The notes beneath the pieces were generated by a model, which did not search any database, had not been told where the DNA came from, and worked only from the letters and a program-made list of their open reading frames with translations. Positions 28,851-38,385 of a stretch of 64,000 bases of DNA are shown here, in pieces. Origin of the DNA: Candidatus Krumholzibacteriota bacterium (GTDB taxonomy: Bacteria > Krumholzibacteriota > Krumholzibacteriia > Krumholzibacteriales > Krumholzibacteriaceae); assembly GCA_016933255.1 (NCBI GenBank), contig JAFGBF010000002.1, forward strand, positions 4,772 to 68,771, given 5' to 3'. How positions within the stretch are numbered: the stretch's first letter is position 1; each line of letters opens with the position of its first letter. The position numbers and the translations under genes were made by a program.

Positions 28851-30086
28851 TTATTCTTCAGGTGTTTTCCCCGTCGCCTCGTTATAGAGACCTATTATCT
28901 GGCAGTAATGGGCCTCTGTGTCGTAGAGTTCCTCCGCCTTTTTTCTCCCGGCTTCGCCCATCCGGCGCCGCATATCGCGGTCGCCCGCCATCCGGCCGAG
29001 GCACTCAGCGAGCTTCTCCCTGTCGCCTGCGGGAAAGAGGAGCCCGTTGACCCCGTCCTCCACCATCTCGGGTATCCCTCCGATATCGGCGGCGACAACC
29101 GGTTTGCCGACGGCAAGCGCTTCCATCACCGAGAAGGGAAGGTTCTCGTACCATCTCGACGGGACCACCACACAGCTCGATTCCTCGAGAAGGAGCCGCA
29201 GGTCATCCCCCGTGACAAACCCCAGGAATTCCACATCCGCCCCTTTTTCCGCGACAAGCTTCTTAAGGTCCGCTGAAAGCGGGCCTTCGCCGGCGATCTT
29301 GAGCGAGACGTTTTTCATCGAAGAGACTGCCTCGATCAGAAGATCTATCCCTTTCTCATGCGAGAGCCGGCCGAAATAAAAGAAATACCCTTTTTCGGCC
29401 CGCGGGGTGAATGATCCCACATCTACAAAATTCGGTATCGAGACTATTTTCTCTTTCTTTATCTTTCCTTCGACAAGCTTTCCCATCAGAAACCTGCTCG
29501 GAGTGATAAACCTCTCCACCTTCGACGGGACTCTTGAGACCCTGTCGCAAAAGGTAGTCATCATAGCCACGATGCTGGCCGGAAGGCTTCCTTTTTTGCA
29601 TTTGTGCATGACGCAGTTCCAGTACCGCTTTGGGAGGCAGAGCTCGCAGATCTTGTCTCCGCGCAGAAATGTCGTATTCGGACAGACGAGGCGGTAATCA
29701 TGCAGGGTCCATACGATCGGTATCCCCCTTTTTCTAAGGGGAGCTATTATCGATGTGGTCAGATGCCCGTGGATATTGTTGAAATGGGCGATATCAGGCC
29801 TTTTATCCTCGATCAGCCGGTCTATCGCCTTCCTCGCCTCACTGTTATATATGCTTCTGGAAAGGACCTTCAGCGCAGCCCCGGCAGAGGACTCTGCAAG
29901 AAGTGAGGGGAAATCTATCTCGCTGGTGAAATACCCAGAATATTCAGATTCGATGTTCTGCGGGTGCTGCATGGCAAAATGGATCACCTCGTGCCCCTTC
30001 TGCTCGAGGAGGCGCGAAAGATTGAACATATATGTCGAATCTCCGCCCCGGTAGTAGTGATATGTCTGAACCATCAGGATCCGCAT
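28851..30086 (-). CDS. Glycosyltransferase family 4
   Basis: The GT-B signature is ENLPFSVMEALAVGKPVVAADIGGIPEMVEDGVNGLLF. Confidence 0.8.
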   Translation of the reverse strand: MRILMVQTYHYYRGGDSTYMFNLSRLLEQKGHEVIHFAMQHPQNIESEYSGYFTSEIDFPSLLAESSAGAALKVLSRSIYNSEARKAIDRLIEDKRPDIAHFNNIHGHLTTSIIAPLRKRGIPIVWTLHDYRLVCPNTTFLRGDKICELCLPKRYWNCVMHKCKKGSLPASIVAMMTTFCDRVSRVPSKVERFITPSRFLMGKLVEGKIKKEKIVSIPNFVDVGSFTPRAEKGYFFYFGRLSHEKGIDLLIEAVSSMKNVSLKIAGEGPLSADLKKLVAEKGADVEFLGFVTGDDLRLLLEESSCVVVPSRWYENLPFSVMEALAVGKPVVAADIGGIPEMVEDGVNGLLFPAGDREKLAECLGRMAGDRDMRRRMGEAGRKKAEELYDTEAHYCQIIGLYNEATGKTPEE

Positions 30087-30291
30087 TCTCCGGCCCCCTG
30101 TTAAAATAAAAACCCTGCGCCCGGGGAAGGCCGCGCTTTGAGACTCTGAATCTACACCAATATCCCTTTGATATCAAAGAAAATGAATGCCGTACGCTTT
30201 CGGAAGCCGATATAAACAGCTTGACTATCGCCATTCCGTATATTATAGAAATTGTATAAGAATATGATGTTTATGACGCTCTGAACGGAGG

Positions 30292-30921
30292 ATGGCGTTG
30301 AGGAAAAAAAGCTTTATTCGGGGGATCTCTCTTTTTCTGTTTCTATGTCTGGCGATGACAGGCACAGCCTTCGCTCAGGCAAATTCAAACAAGGCGGTCA
30401 TTCATCTCGGCGGGTCCTACAACAAGTCGCTGGTCGATGACACAGGCGCCGGATTTTTCGGGCTCGACATCTATGTCGGAAAGATGATAACCAACGAACT
30501 ATGCTTGGGATTCTCAATCGGATATGATGTCGTTGTTTACGATACGCCCGCGGAGGAACTCCTGAAGGAAGAACCTTTCAAGGAGATGCTCGGGGTCATC
30601 CCCTTCACGCTCAAAGCGAAATATTATCTTACATTTTCACAGATGGTCCAGGCCTACGTCTCAGCGGGCGCCGGAGTCTACCGTGCGGCTCCGTCCCTCG
30701 GAGGCCGGCCGATCCCGTCTCCGCCCGAGGTAGGGACTATCGGCTCGATAAGGGGATCTGGAAACTGTCCCGGCGGATCGATAGGTGTCGGACTTGATTA
30801 CTGGTTCCTGCTTACGACAGGTATCGGGTTCGAACTCGAATATCATATGTTCAAGGTACCAGACGGAGATAACTTCAGTTATGTCCAGGCCCGTGTAAAT
30901 TATTGCATGATTAAATTCTAG
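30292..30921 (+). CDS. Small outer-membrane beta-barrel protein (OmpA/OmpW-like 8-strand type)
   Basis: It has a signal peptide (…LAMTGTAFAQ), alternating hydrophobic strands, and a C-terminal aromatic (…NYCMIKF). Confidence 0.5.
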   Translation: MALRKKSFIRGISLFLFLCLAMTGTAFAQANSNKAVIHLGGSYNKSLVDDTGAGFFGLDIYVGKMITNELCLGFSIGYDVVVYDTPAEELLKEEPFKEMLGVIPFTLKAKYYLTFSQMVQAYVSAGAGVYRAAPSLGGRPIPSPPEVGTIGSIRGSGNCPGGSIGVGLDYWFLLTTGIGFELEYHMFKVPDGDNFSYVQARVNYCMIKF

Positions 30922-31774
30922 GGCCTGATTTGACGGCACTGAAGACCCGGATATCTTTCCCATCGTCGTAACTGGCTATATCCTCATAGAGCCCGTTTTT
31001 CCTGAAGAGCCTCGCTATTATCTTATCCTGTCCGGCGCCGATCTCGAAAGCCAGCATTCCGCCCGGTCTGAGAAAAGCCGGAGCTCCCGCGATCAGCCGC
31101 GTGAAGATATCAATCCCGTACGCTCCCGCGTCAAGGGCCTCTACAGGTTCATGATCGATAACTTTCGAACCTAGTTTTTCGAGCGAGCCTGTCGGGATAT
31201 ACGGGGGATTACAGACGACAAGATCAGCTTTTCCCTCGAGCCCTTCTCCTTCAAAGGCGCTGAAAAGATCCCCGGTGAAGAGCTTAACCTTCTCCCCGAC
31301 CCCGAAACGCTCGACATTCTTCGAGGCGACAGCGATCGCTTCTTCTGTGATATCAGAAGCCAGGATGAGAGTGTTTTTTGTATTGAGAGCCAGCGCCACC
31401 GCTATATTGCCGCTTCCTGTCCCGATTTCAGCCACGGTGATATCAGCCTTTTCTTCCTGCATCTTTTCAATGAACCCTATACACTTTTTTGTCAGCAGTT
31501 CCGTCTCTTCTCTCGGAATCAGGGCGCCGGGCGCACATAGAAAGAGTTCGCCCATGAACGGAGACTGCCCGAGAATATACTCAAGAGGCGTGCCCTCTTT
31601 TCTCATCGCTAAGAGCTTCCCCAGGTCCAGCCCCGCCTTCTCGAGAAAGCCGGGGGAAGCTGCTCTCAGCCTTCCGCCCGATATTATATCGGCGAGAAGC
31701 AGAGTCTCTTCAAGGGGATCTTCAAACCCTTCTTCCCTGAAACGTTCGTATATTTCCTTCAGGAATAAATACAT
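30911..31774 (-). CDS. prmC: Peptide chain release factor N5-glutamine methyltransferase
   Basis: It has a SAM-binding motif (VAEIGTGSGNIAV) and the NPPY catalytic motif (VVCNPPYIP). Confidence 0.8.
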   Translation of the reverse strand: MYLFLKEIYERFREEGFEDPLEETLLLADIISGGRLRAASPGFLEKAGLDLGKLLAMRKEGTPLEYILGQSPFMGELFLCAPGALIPREETELLTKKCIGFIEKMQEEKADITVAEIGTGSGNIAVALALNTKNTLILASDITEEAIAVASKNVERFGVGEKVKLFTGDLFSAFEGEGLEGKADLVVCNPPYIPTGSLEKLGSKVIDHEPVEALDAGAYGIDIFTRLIAGAPAFLRPGGMLAFEIGAGQDKIIARLFRKNGLYEDIASYDDGKDIRVFSAVKSGPRI

Positions 31775-31790
31775 TTTCTGTCCTTACTTA

Positions 31791-32894
31791 TCATTCGGAT
31801 CCTTCGGCCATACCGAGATAAAGCTCATGATACTGCCTTGCGATAGCTTCCCAGCCGTGATCAGCCCTTATTTTTTCCATCGCCCTCTCGCCTTTCCTCT
31901 GCGCTTCTTCAGGGTGGAGCAGCATATACTCGAGTTTTGCAGCCAGGTCGGCCGGGTCGGATACGCGGAATGAAAAACCGATTCCGGCAGCGACAGCTTC
32001 GTTTTCCGGAATGTCGCTATAGACCGTCGGCGTACCGAAAGAGAGCCCTTCAAGCAGAGCGATCGACATCGCCTCATACTCTGAGGGAAAAATAAATATC
32101 TTCGCGTGGGCGTAAAGAGCGAAGAAATCGTCCCCGGTAATGAACCCTGTGAACTTTACTCCTTCCGGAGCGCAGTTTTTAAGTTCTTCGAAATATTCGT
32201 AATCAGTAGCCTCTCCTCCTCCGGCAATGACGAGAGGGATATCCGTATCGAGCGCCTTGTACGCATCGATAAGAGTCGAGAGCCCTTTCGTCCTTTCGAT
32301 CCTTCCCGCCGAACAGAAGAAAAACCCGGAACGCTTCAGCGACCACTTGTCGAGAAGAGATTCGTCCGGCTTTTTCCTGATCTCGATTCCGTTCGGAATA
32401 TGTATGACGTCGCTCTGATATCTCAGGTTATAGTAGTCAGCAAGCGGTTTCGAAACAGAAGTCCTTACCTTGGGGACTCTTATAAAGACCTTTTCGGCGA
32501 TCTTGGAAAGCGACCTTGGAAGCAGGCCCCATTTTTTTCTTATATATGCCTGGCCGTGCGAAGTGACTATCACCCCGTATTTCGGCCGTGGGAGCCAGGC
32601 AAGTATGGCGGGATCGACGCTGTGAATATGGACGATGTCATAATCTTCTCTTCGCGACTTCATAGACGCGTTCCACATGTGAGAGACCATCTCGAGCGAT
32701 TTTCTCCTGCTCCCGGCCACAGAGATGACTCTCGCCCCGTGATAATCAGCGATATCCCTGCAGTATGAATCATATCCGTAGATGGTGATCTCGTGGCCCA
32801 GGGCGGAAAGATGGGGGACAAGGGAATCTACCACCACTTCGACGCCGTGGTGTCCGGGGACCCCTTTTATCCCTAGTATCGCAATCTTCATCAA
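31791..32894 (-). CDS. Glycosyltransferase family 4 (DUF1972-type N-terminus)
   Basis: The N-terminus is ILGIKGVPGHHGVEVVVDSL, and the C-terminal GT-B domain is ...AMSIALLEGLSFGTPTV. Confidence 0.75.
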   Translation of the reverse strand: MMKIAILGIKGVPGHHGVEVVVDSLVPHLSALGHEITIYGYDSYCRDIADYHGARVISVAGSRRKSLEMVSHMWNASMKSRREDYDIVHIHSVDPAILAWLPRPKYGVIVTSHGQAYIRKKWGLLPRSLSKIAEKVFIRVPKVRTSVSKPLADYYNLRYQSDVIHIPNGIEIRKKPDESLLDKWSLKRSGFFFCSAGRIERTKGLSTLIDAYKALDTDIPLVIAGGGEATDYEYFEELKNCAPEGVKFTGFITGDDFFALYAHAKIFIFPSEYEAMSIALLEGLSFGTPTVYSDIPENEAVAAGIGFSFRVSDPADLAAKLEYMLLHPEEAQRKGERAMEKIRADHGWEAIARQYHELYLGMAEGSE

Positions 32895-32908
32895 TCGGCT
32901 CCGATTAT

Positions 32909-33904
32909 CTAATCAAGGCAGACCGGTTTTCCCCGCATGACCCTCAACCTGTTCCTGGCGACCCACAGGATCGGCTTCAGCGGATTCCTTCTCATCGCGG
33001 GAACTGCGGTTCCGGTCATCCAGCAGTTTCTTGTACAGGAAGCGACCTGTCTTCTCACTTCTTCGGCCTTTTCGCTCTTCCATATCTCTTCGAAAGACTG
33101 TGTCTTGAGATCGCCCATCACAAGCGGTTCAAGCGAGCCGTTGCAGGCGAGCACCTGCCCCCATGGATCGAGAAAAAATGTGTCTGTTCCCGCCCTGCAG
33201 GGTATAGGCCTTGCCTTGCCCTGCATATGTCCGAGAAGGCCCAGGTTCAGATAGGCCCTGAACCAGTCCTTGACTCTCTTCTTCAGCTTCGCTCTCGGAG
33301 AGGAAAGAAGCGCCTCCATAAACTGCTGCATGGTCTTTTCGACCTCTTTGATGTTATCGATACCGTTATCCTCCTTGAAAAAATAGAAGGAATTGTGCAC
33401 AACGGCATTGGCGAATTCTACACCCATCGAGGCTACAAGGGTATAGAGGTCGAGAAGGTCGTGGCTGTTGTCCCCTGATATCGTCATCGCGAACCCGATA
33501 TCTTTCACTCCCATCCTCTTGAGCCTGAGGATCGTCCTGAGAGCCCTGTCAAAACCGTTTTCCAGCCCGCGAAGCCTGTCATTCAGCGCCGGCAAGCCCT
33601 CTACGCTGACGCGTATCGTTATGTCGGAGAATTCTCTGGCGATATCTATGATCCTGTCGTGGAAAAACCCGTTCGTACTTATTTCCAGTCTTTCCGATTT
33701 CGTATCAAGGATCTCGACTATCCTGCGGATATCCTTGCGAAGCATCGGTTCTCCCCCTGTAATATTCAATCGCTGCATCCCGCCCGGGATCTTCTTGAGT
33801 ATTTCAGGATCGAACTCTTCGGATGCTTTACTCGGATTCCGCCAGGCATTGCACATCTGGCATCTCGCGTTGCACCTGTATGTAGTTATTACCGCGCATT
33901 CCAT
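32909..33904 (-). CDS. Radical SAM enzyme with a SPASM/twitch-like C-terminal Cys cluster
   Basis: The CxxxCxxC motif (CNARCQMC) sits at the N-terminus. C-terminal cysteines are CRAGTDTFFLDPWGQVLACNGS...CTRNC. It lies between a GT4 gene and the ABC-2 exporter genes. Confidence 0.7.
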   Translation of the reverse strand: MECAVITTYRCNARCQMCNAWRNPSKASEEFDPEILKKIPGGMQRLNITGGEPMLRKDIRRIVEILDTKSERLEISTNGFFHDRIIDIAREFSDITIRVSVEGLPALNDRLRGLENGFDRALRTILRLKRMGVKDIGFAMTISGDNSHDLLDLYTLVASMGVEFANAVVHNSFYFFKEDNGIDNIKEVEKTMQQFMEALLSSPRAKLKKRVKDWFRAYLNLGLLGHMQGKARPIPCRAGTDTFFLDPWGQVLACNGSLEPLVMGDLKTQSFEEIWKSEKAEEVRRQVASCTRNCWMTGTAVPAMRRNPLKPILWVARNRLRVMRGKPVCLD

Positions 33905-33985
33905 TTCAGTTACCGCTGCCTTTCCTCACAGGATGGAGCAATATTTATGACAATCGAGCCGTGCAATACCTCTATCCTTCATATA

Positions 33986-35263
33986 TCAGGCTCTTTTCAT
34001 CCACTTGAAGATCTCTCTCATATCCGGACGCTTGCCGTACATGAGAATACCGATCCGGAATATCTTCGCCGAGATCAGGGCGGAGATATATATGGCTCCC
34101 AGCATTATCAGGATACTCAGGAGTATCTGCCACGCCGGAGGAGTAAGGATATTTATCCTCATGAACATCACTATTGGCGTAAACATCGGTATAAGGCTGA
34201 GCAGAGTCGCAAACATGCCGTCAGGATTCTGTATTATCATCATCGGAACGATGATCGTAAATACAAGACACAGGACGATAGGCTGCTGCAGCTGCTGAGC
34301 CTCCTGGTCGGTATTGCATACGGCTCCGACTCCGGCGAACATCGTAGCATAGAAAAAGAAACCGAGGAGATAATATACGACAAAATATGCCATCGTCGCC
34401 GGAGAAAGGTTTGCCGCGATCTCGGCAACAGGGCCGCCCAGGCTCAGACCGTAAAGTGCGAAAACAAGAGCGCAAGTCACCCATATCAGATATTGCGTCA
34501 GCCCTACGGCGCCGACGCCGATGATCTTGCCGAGGAGCAGGTCTATAGGCCTGAGAGAAGAAAGCATTACCTCGATCACCCTGTTGTTCTTCTCCTCTAT
34601 GACGCTTCTCTGAACCACTATTCCCCACATCAGGATCGACATATAGAGAAGCATTATAAAGACCATCGTCGACATGAAGATCGAGTCGAAACCTTTCCCT
34701 GCCTCTTCCTCTCCCTCTTTGATCTGGATCATCTCGATCTCTACTTCTTTTACAAGTTTTCCTACGACATCATACTCAAGGCCTTCCCTTTTCAGCCTCT
34801 CGCTGATGACGACGTTGTCGATCGCCGATTCAAATCTTTCCATCGTCTTGATATTGCCGAGCTTCTTGCCGAAAAAGGTCGCCTTGCTCTCTTTTACCAC
34901 ATCTTCCGGAAGGACGAGGTAGCCGTCTATGACATCGCTTTCGATCTCCAGATTCAGATCTCTTTTGATAGTGTTGAGCTCAAGCCCGCTCGTTTCGATC
35001 TTTCTAAGTTCGTACTTATTTGTCCCGTCCGGCAGCGTATCGGAGAGAGCCGATTCGATTTTATCGAATATCACTCCGCTCCCGTCTATAACGGCTATTT
35101 TTACTACCGACTCCGGAGTGAACTTCATGAAAAGGGCTGGAGCGAAAATGATCCCGCCCATCAGAAGAGGGCCGAGTATCGTACCGATTAAAAAACTCTT
35201 TTTCTTGACTCTCTCAAGATACTCTCTTTTTACTACCTTAAACATCTTCTTCATCGAGCTCAC
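33986..35263 (-). CDS. ABC-2 family transporter permease (large extracytoplasmic N-domain)
   Basis: It has one N-terminal TM helix, an approximately 170 aa external domain, then 5 TM helices. It is translationally coupled to the ATPase gene. Confidence 0.65.
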   Translation of the reverse strand: MSSMKKMFKVVKREYLERVKKKSFLIGTILGPLLMGGIIFAPALFMKFTPESVVKIAVIDGSGVIFDKIESALSDTLPDGTNKYELRKIETSGLELNTIKRDLNLEIESDVIDGYLVLPEDVVKESKATFFGKKLGNIKTMERFESAIDNVVISERLKREGLEYDVVGKLVKEVEIEMIQIKEGEEEAGKGFDSIFMSTMVFIMLLYMSILMWGIVVQRSVIEEKNNRVIEVMLSSLRPIDLLLGKIIGVGAVGLTQYLIWVTCALVFALYGLSLGGPVAEIAANLSPATMAYFVVYYLLGFFFYATMFAGVGAVCNTDQEAQQLQQPIVLCLVFTIIVPMMIIQNPDGMFATLLSLIPMFTPIVMFMRINILTPPAWQILLSILIMLGAIYISALISAKIFRIGILMYGKRPDMREIFKWMKRA

Positions 35264-36155
35264 CCCCTTTTTCCTTGACCTTGATTATGAAAATATCATG
35301 CAGGGATATCTCTCCTATCTCATATCTCTCGACCTGCCCCTTCTCGATCGCGAAGCTGAGGATCCTGTTCGGGTCGGCGCCGTCTTTGAGGTTTATGCTG
35401 AGATCGTTCCCGAATTCACTTATCTTCTCTACATCAGGATACCCCTCCAGGATCTTTTTATCCCCCGAAAACCTCATCGAGACGACATTCTTGCTGAATT
35501 TGAGTTTGAGTTCGCTCAGCTTGCCTTCAAGCACCTTTCTGCCCTTGTTGATCAGGCAGATCCTTTCGCAGAGCTTTTCGACCTGATCCATAAGGTGGGT
35601 GGAGAGGATGACTGTCCGCCCTTCGTTTTTCATCGTGATAATAATATCCTTCAGGATCTGCGTATTGATCGGATCGAGCCCCGAAAAAGGTTCATCGAGG
35701 ATGACAAGCTGCGGATCATGGAGCACTGTGGATATGAATTGAATCTTCTGCTGCATTCCTTTCGACAGCGCTTCCACTTCCTTGTCGCGCCAATCCCCAA
35801 GCTCTACCCGGTCGAGCCATTCATTCGCCCTCATGACCGCCGTCGATCTGTCGATTCCCTTTATTTCTCCCAGGAAGACCAGGTGGTCGAGGACTTTCAT
35901 CTTCCTGTACATGCCTCTTTCTTCAGGAAGATATCCGATCTTTTCTTTTGTCTTTTCACTGAGAGGAGCGTCGAATATATCGATGCTCCCTTCATCCGGC
36001 TGGATGATATTCATGATCATCCTTATCGTCGTCGTTTTTCCCGCCCCATTAGGTCCGAGGAGTCCGTATATCCCTCCCGGCTCTACGACTAGCGAAAGAT
36101 CATCTACAGCGGTATGGCCGTCATACCGCTTCGTGACATTTTTTATCGAAAGCAA
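35238..36155 (-). CDS. ABC transporter ATP-binding protein (ABC-2 type exporter)
   Basis: Walker A (GLLGPNGAGKTT), the signature (LSKGMQQK) and Walker B (LILDEPFSGLD) are present. Confidence 0.85.
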   Translation of the reverse strand: MLSIKNVTKRYDGHTAVDDLSLVVEPGGIYGLLGPNGAGKTTTIRMIMNIIQPDEGSIDIFDAPLSEKTKEKIGYLPEERGMYRKMKVLDHLVFLGEIKGIDRSTAVMRANEWLDRVELGDWRDKEVEALSKGMQQKIQFISTVLHDPQLVILDEPFSGLDPINTQILKDIIITMKNEGRTVILSTHLMDQVEKLCERICLINKGRKVLEGKLSELKLKFSKNVVSMRFSGDKKILEGYPDVEKISEFGNDLSINLKDGADPNRILSFAIEKGQVERYEIGEISLHDIFIIKVKEKGGELDEEDV

Positions 36156-36196
36156 TATTCATCCTCCCTTTTTTGCAGAGACCATCCCTGGCGCGG

Positions 36197-36823
36197 CTAC
36201 GCCTTCCTGTCTTCTTTAAAATCGCCGAACTCTATCAGCCCTCTCATTTCGACAAGCGCCCTGTATCTGTGGCTGATCATATTTTTACGGTCCAGGTCCA
36301 TTTGAGCGACAGTCGATCCTTCCTCAGGGAGATAGAATACCGGGTCGTATCCGAACCCGTTGCTGCCTGCCGGCTCTTCGGCTATCATCCCCTCCAGGAC
36401 TCCTTCTGTCATCAGGATTTTTTTATCTGTTCCCGGGGCGGGAAACAGGACCATCACGCACCGGAACCTGGCTTTCCTTTCATCGCCTTTTTTACCCCGA
36501 AGCTCTTCAAGCAGCAGCTTCGAGCGGTCGGAGTCGCTCGCGCCATTGCCTCCGTACCGCGCCGATCCTATTCCAGGCTTTCCATCGAGCGCGTCGACTT
36601 CGATTCCGGAATCATCGGCAAGCGCAGGCAGCCCTGTCGCCTTATAGGCAGCTTTGGCTTTTATCAGGGCGTTTTCAAAAAAACTGTTTCCGGTCTCTTC
36701 CGGCTCAGGGAAAGGCGGAAAATCATCGAGACTTGACATTTCTATCCCGGTGCCCGAGAGCATCTTTTCGATCTCCCTGATCTTTCCCCTGTTTCTTGTA
36801 CCGATCACTATCTTGAGCGCCAA
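36197..36823 (-). CDS. rdgB: Non-canonical purine NTP pyrophosphatase (XTP/dITP diphosphatase)
   Basis: The Ham1/RdgB motifs are IVIGTRNRGKIREI and FGYDPVFY. Confidence 0.85.
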   Translation of the reverse strand: MALKIVIGTRNRGKIREIEKMLSGTGIEMSSLDDFPPFPEPEETGNSFFENALIKAKAAYKATGLPALADDSGIEVDALDGKPGIGSARYGGNGASDSDRSKLLLEELRGKKGDERKARFRCVMVLFPAPGTDKKILMTEGVLEGMIAEEPAGSNGFGYDPVFYLPEEGSTVAQMDLDRKNMISHRYRALVEMRGLIEFGDFKEDRKA

Positions 36824-37563
36824 TTCAAAACCTTTTTCTGATACTTGATTATCTGTTTTATCCCCGCCTTTGCCGAAGCAAGCATCTTATCGAGCTCTTC
36901 GCGTGAAAATGCTTCTCCTTCAGCGGTCCCCTGAATCTCTATATATTCATCCCTGTCATTCATCACGACATTCATATCGACGTCAGCGGTTGAATCGAGT
37001 TGGTAGTCGAGATCGAGCACTGGCTTTCCTTTTATCATCCCGACGCTTACTGCACCGACAAACCCTTTCAGCAAAGGCGCGTCGAGCTTAAGCTGTTCGA
37101 GAGCTCCGGCCATCGCTATGAGCGCTCCGTTGATCGAAGCGCATCTCGTCCCTCCGTCTGCCTCGATTACGTCGCAGTCGATGAAGATCGTTCTCTCCCC
37201 GATCTTTTCGAGATCGACGACTGCGCGAAGCGAGCGGCCGATCAGTCTCTGGATCTCGTGCGTACGGCCCTTGATCTTTCCCTTCGCCGATTCCCGGGGG
37301 ATCCTCGATGGGCTCGATCTGGGAAGCATACCGTATTCAGCCGTTATCCAGCCCTTCTGCGTCCCACGCAGAAAAGGCGGAACAGAATTCTCGATCGTTG
37401 CCGCACAGACCACACGGGTCCTTCCCATCTCTATCAGCACAGAACCTGGAGCACTTTTGATATAGTTCAGGGTCGCCTTGATAGGCCTGAGCTGATTAAG
37501 GCTTCTCTTTGTTTTCACTGTCATCGGTATGCCATCCTTTGCCATCTTTCTCTTTTCCGACAT
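36808..37563 (-). CDS. rph: Ribonuclease PH
   Basis: The RNase PH motifs are LRPIKATLNYIKSAPGSVLIEMGRTRVVCAA and DADGGTR. The real start is probably the Met at MTVKTK. Confidence 0.85.
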   Translation of the reverse strand: MSEKRKMAKDGIPMTVKTKRSLNQLRPIKATLNYIKSAPGSVLIEMGRTRVVCAATIENSVPPFLRGTQKGWITAEYGMLPRSSPSRIPRESAKGKIKGRTHEIQRLIGRSLRAVVDLEKIGERTIFIDCDVIEADGGTRCASINGALIAMAGALEQLKLDAPLLKGFVGAVSVGMIKGKPVLDLDYQLDSTADVDMNVVMNDRDEYIEIQGTAEGEAFSREELDKMLASAKAGIKQIIKYQKKVLNWRSR

Positions 37564-38356
37564 GTTCGACTTTTAGTATCGGCATTCTCAGGAATCTTTC
37601 TCCCACTTCCTTGAAAAGATAGGGGGTATCGCTGACAAAACATTCGAACCTGCCTCTGCTTTCCATATCATTCAGCAGGTCCTTTTCCCTGAGGATCTTC
37701 TCGATCTCGATCGCCGTCTCGGCCGCCGAATCAACGAGAACGACCGACTCGCCCGCGACTTTCGAGATGACCTTCTTCAAGAGGGGATAATGCGTACACC
37801 CGAGCACAAGAGTGTCGGCTTTGAAATCGGCGAGAGGCTGAAGATACCTTCTCGCGACAAGCTCCGTGACTTCGTCATCGAGCCATCCCTCTTCGGCAAG
37901 AGATACGAAGAGCGGGCATGGATGGGATCTTGTCTCGAGATCTGGATCTATATCGAAGATGGCTTTTTCATACGCCCTCGACCTTATTGTCGCGGCTGTC
38001 CCGATCACTGCGATCCTTCCATTCCGGGTCGCCCTGGCGGCCGCTCTGGCTCCCGGCAGCAGGACCCCCGTCACCGGGAGGTCTTCTTTTTCCTGTATCT
38101 CCGGAAGAGCTATCGAAGAAGCCGTGTTGCACGCGACCACGAGAAGTTTTACATCTTTTGTCTTGAGGAACTCGATATTCTCCGAGGCGAATCTGCGGAC
38201 CGTGTCGGGACTTTTCGACCCATAGGGAACACGCGCCGTATCACCAAAATAGACGATCGCCTCTCCCGGAAGACGTTTCATTATCTCGTGCACGACCGTC
38301 AGCCCTCCGACACCTGAATCGAATACGCCGACAGCTTTTTTTCTTTCATCGTTCAT
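37496..38356 (-). CDS. murI: Glutamate racemase
   Basis: The motifs are VGVFDSGVGGLTV, VVACNTAS and GCTHYP. Confidence 0.85.
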   Translation of the reverse strand: MNDERKKAVGVFDSGVGGLTVVHEIMKRLPGEAIVYFGDTARVPYGSKSPDTVRRFASENIEFLKTKDVKLLVVACNTASSIALPEIQEKEDLPVTGVLLPGARAAARATRNGRIAVIGTAATIRSRAYEKAIFDIDPDLETRSHPCPLFVSLAEEGWLDDEVTELVARRYLQPLADFKADTLVLGCTHYPLLKKVISKVAGESVVLVDSAAETAIEIEKILREKDLLNDMESRGRFECFVSDTPYLFKEVGERFLRMPILKVEHVGKEKDGKGWHTDDSENKEKP

Positions 38357-38385
38357 GCTTGTTCTATCTGTTCAGGCTGCAGGTC

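Noticed and set aside
33659-36092. Long plus-strand ORFs (510 aa and 387 aa) overlapping the minus-strand radical SAM and ABC transporter genes
   Set aside because: Their translations are low-complexity and rich in His, Arg, Tyr and Leu. They have no recognisable motifs. The opposite-strand ORFs carry unmistakable Walker A/B, ABC signature and CxxxCxxC motifs. These are antisense shadow ORFs of a GC-rich coding region.
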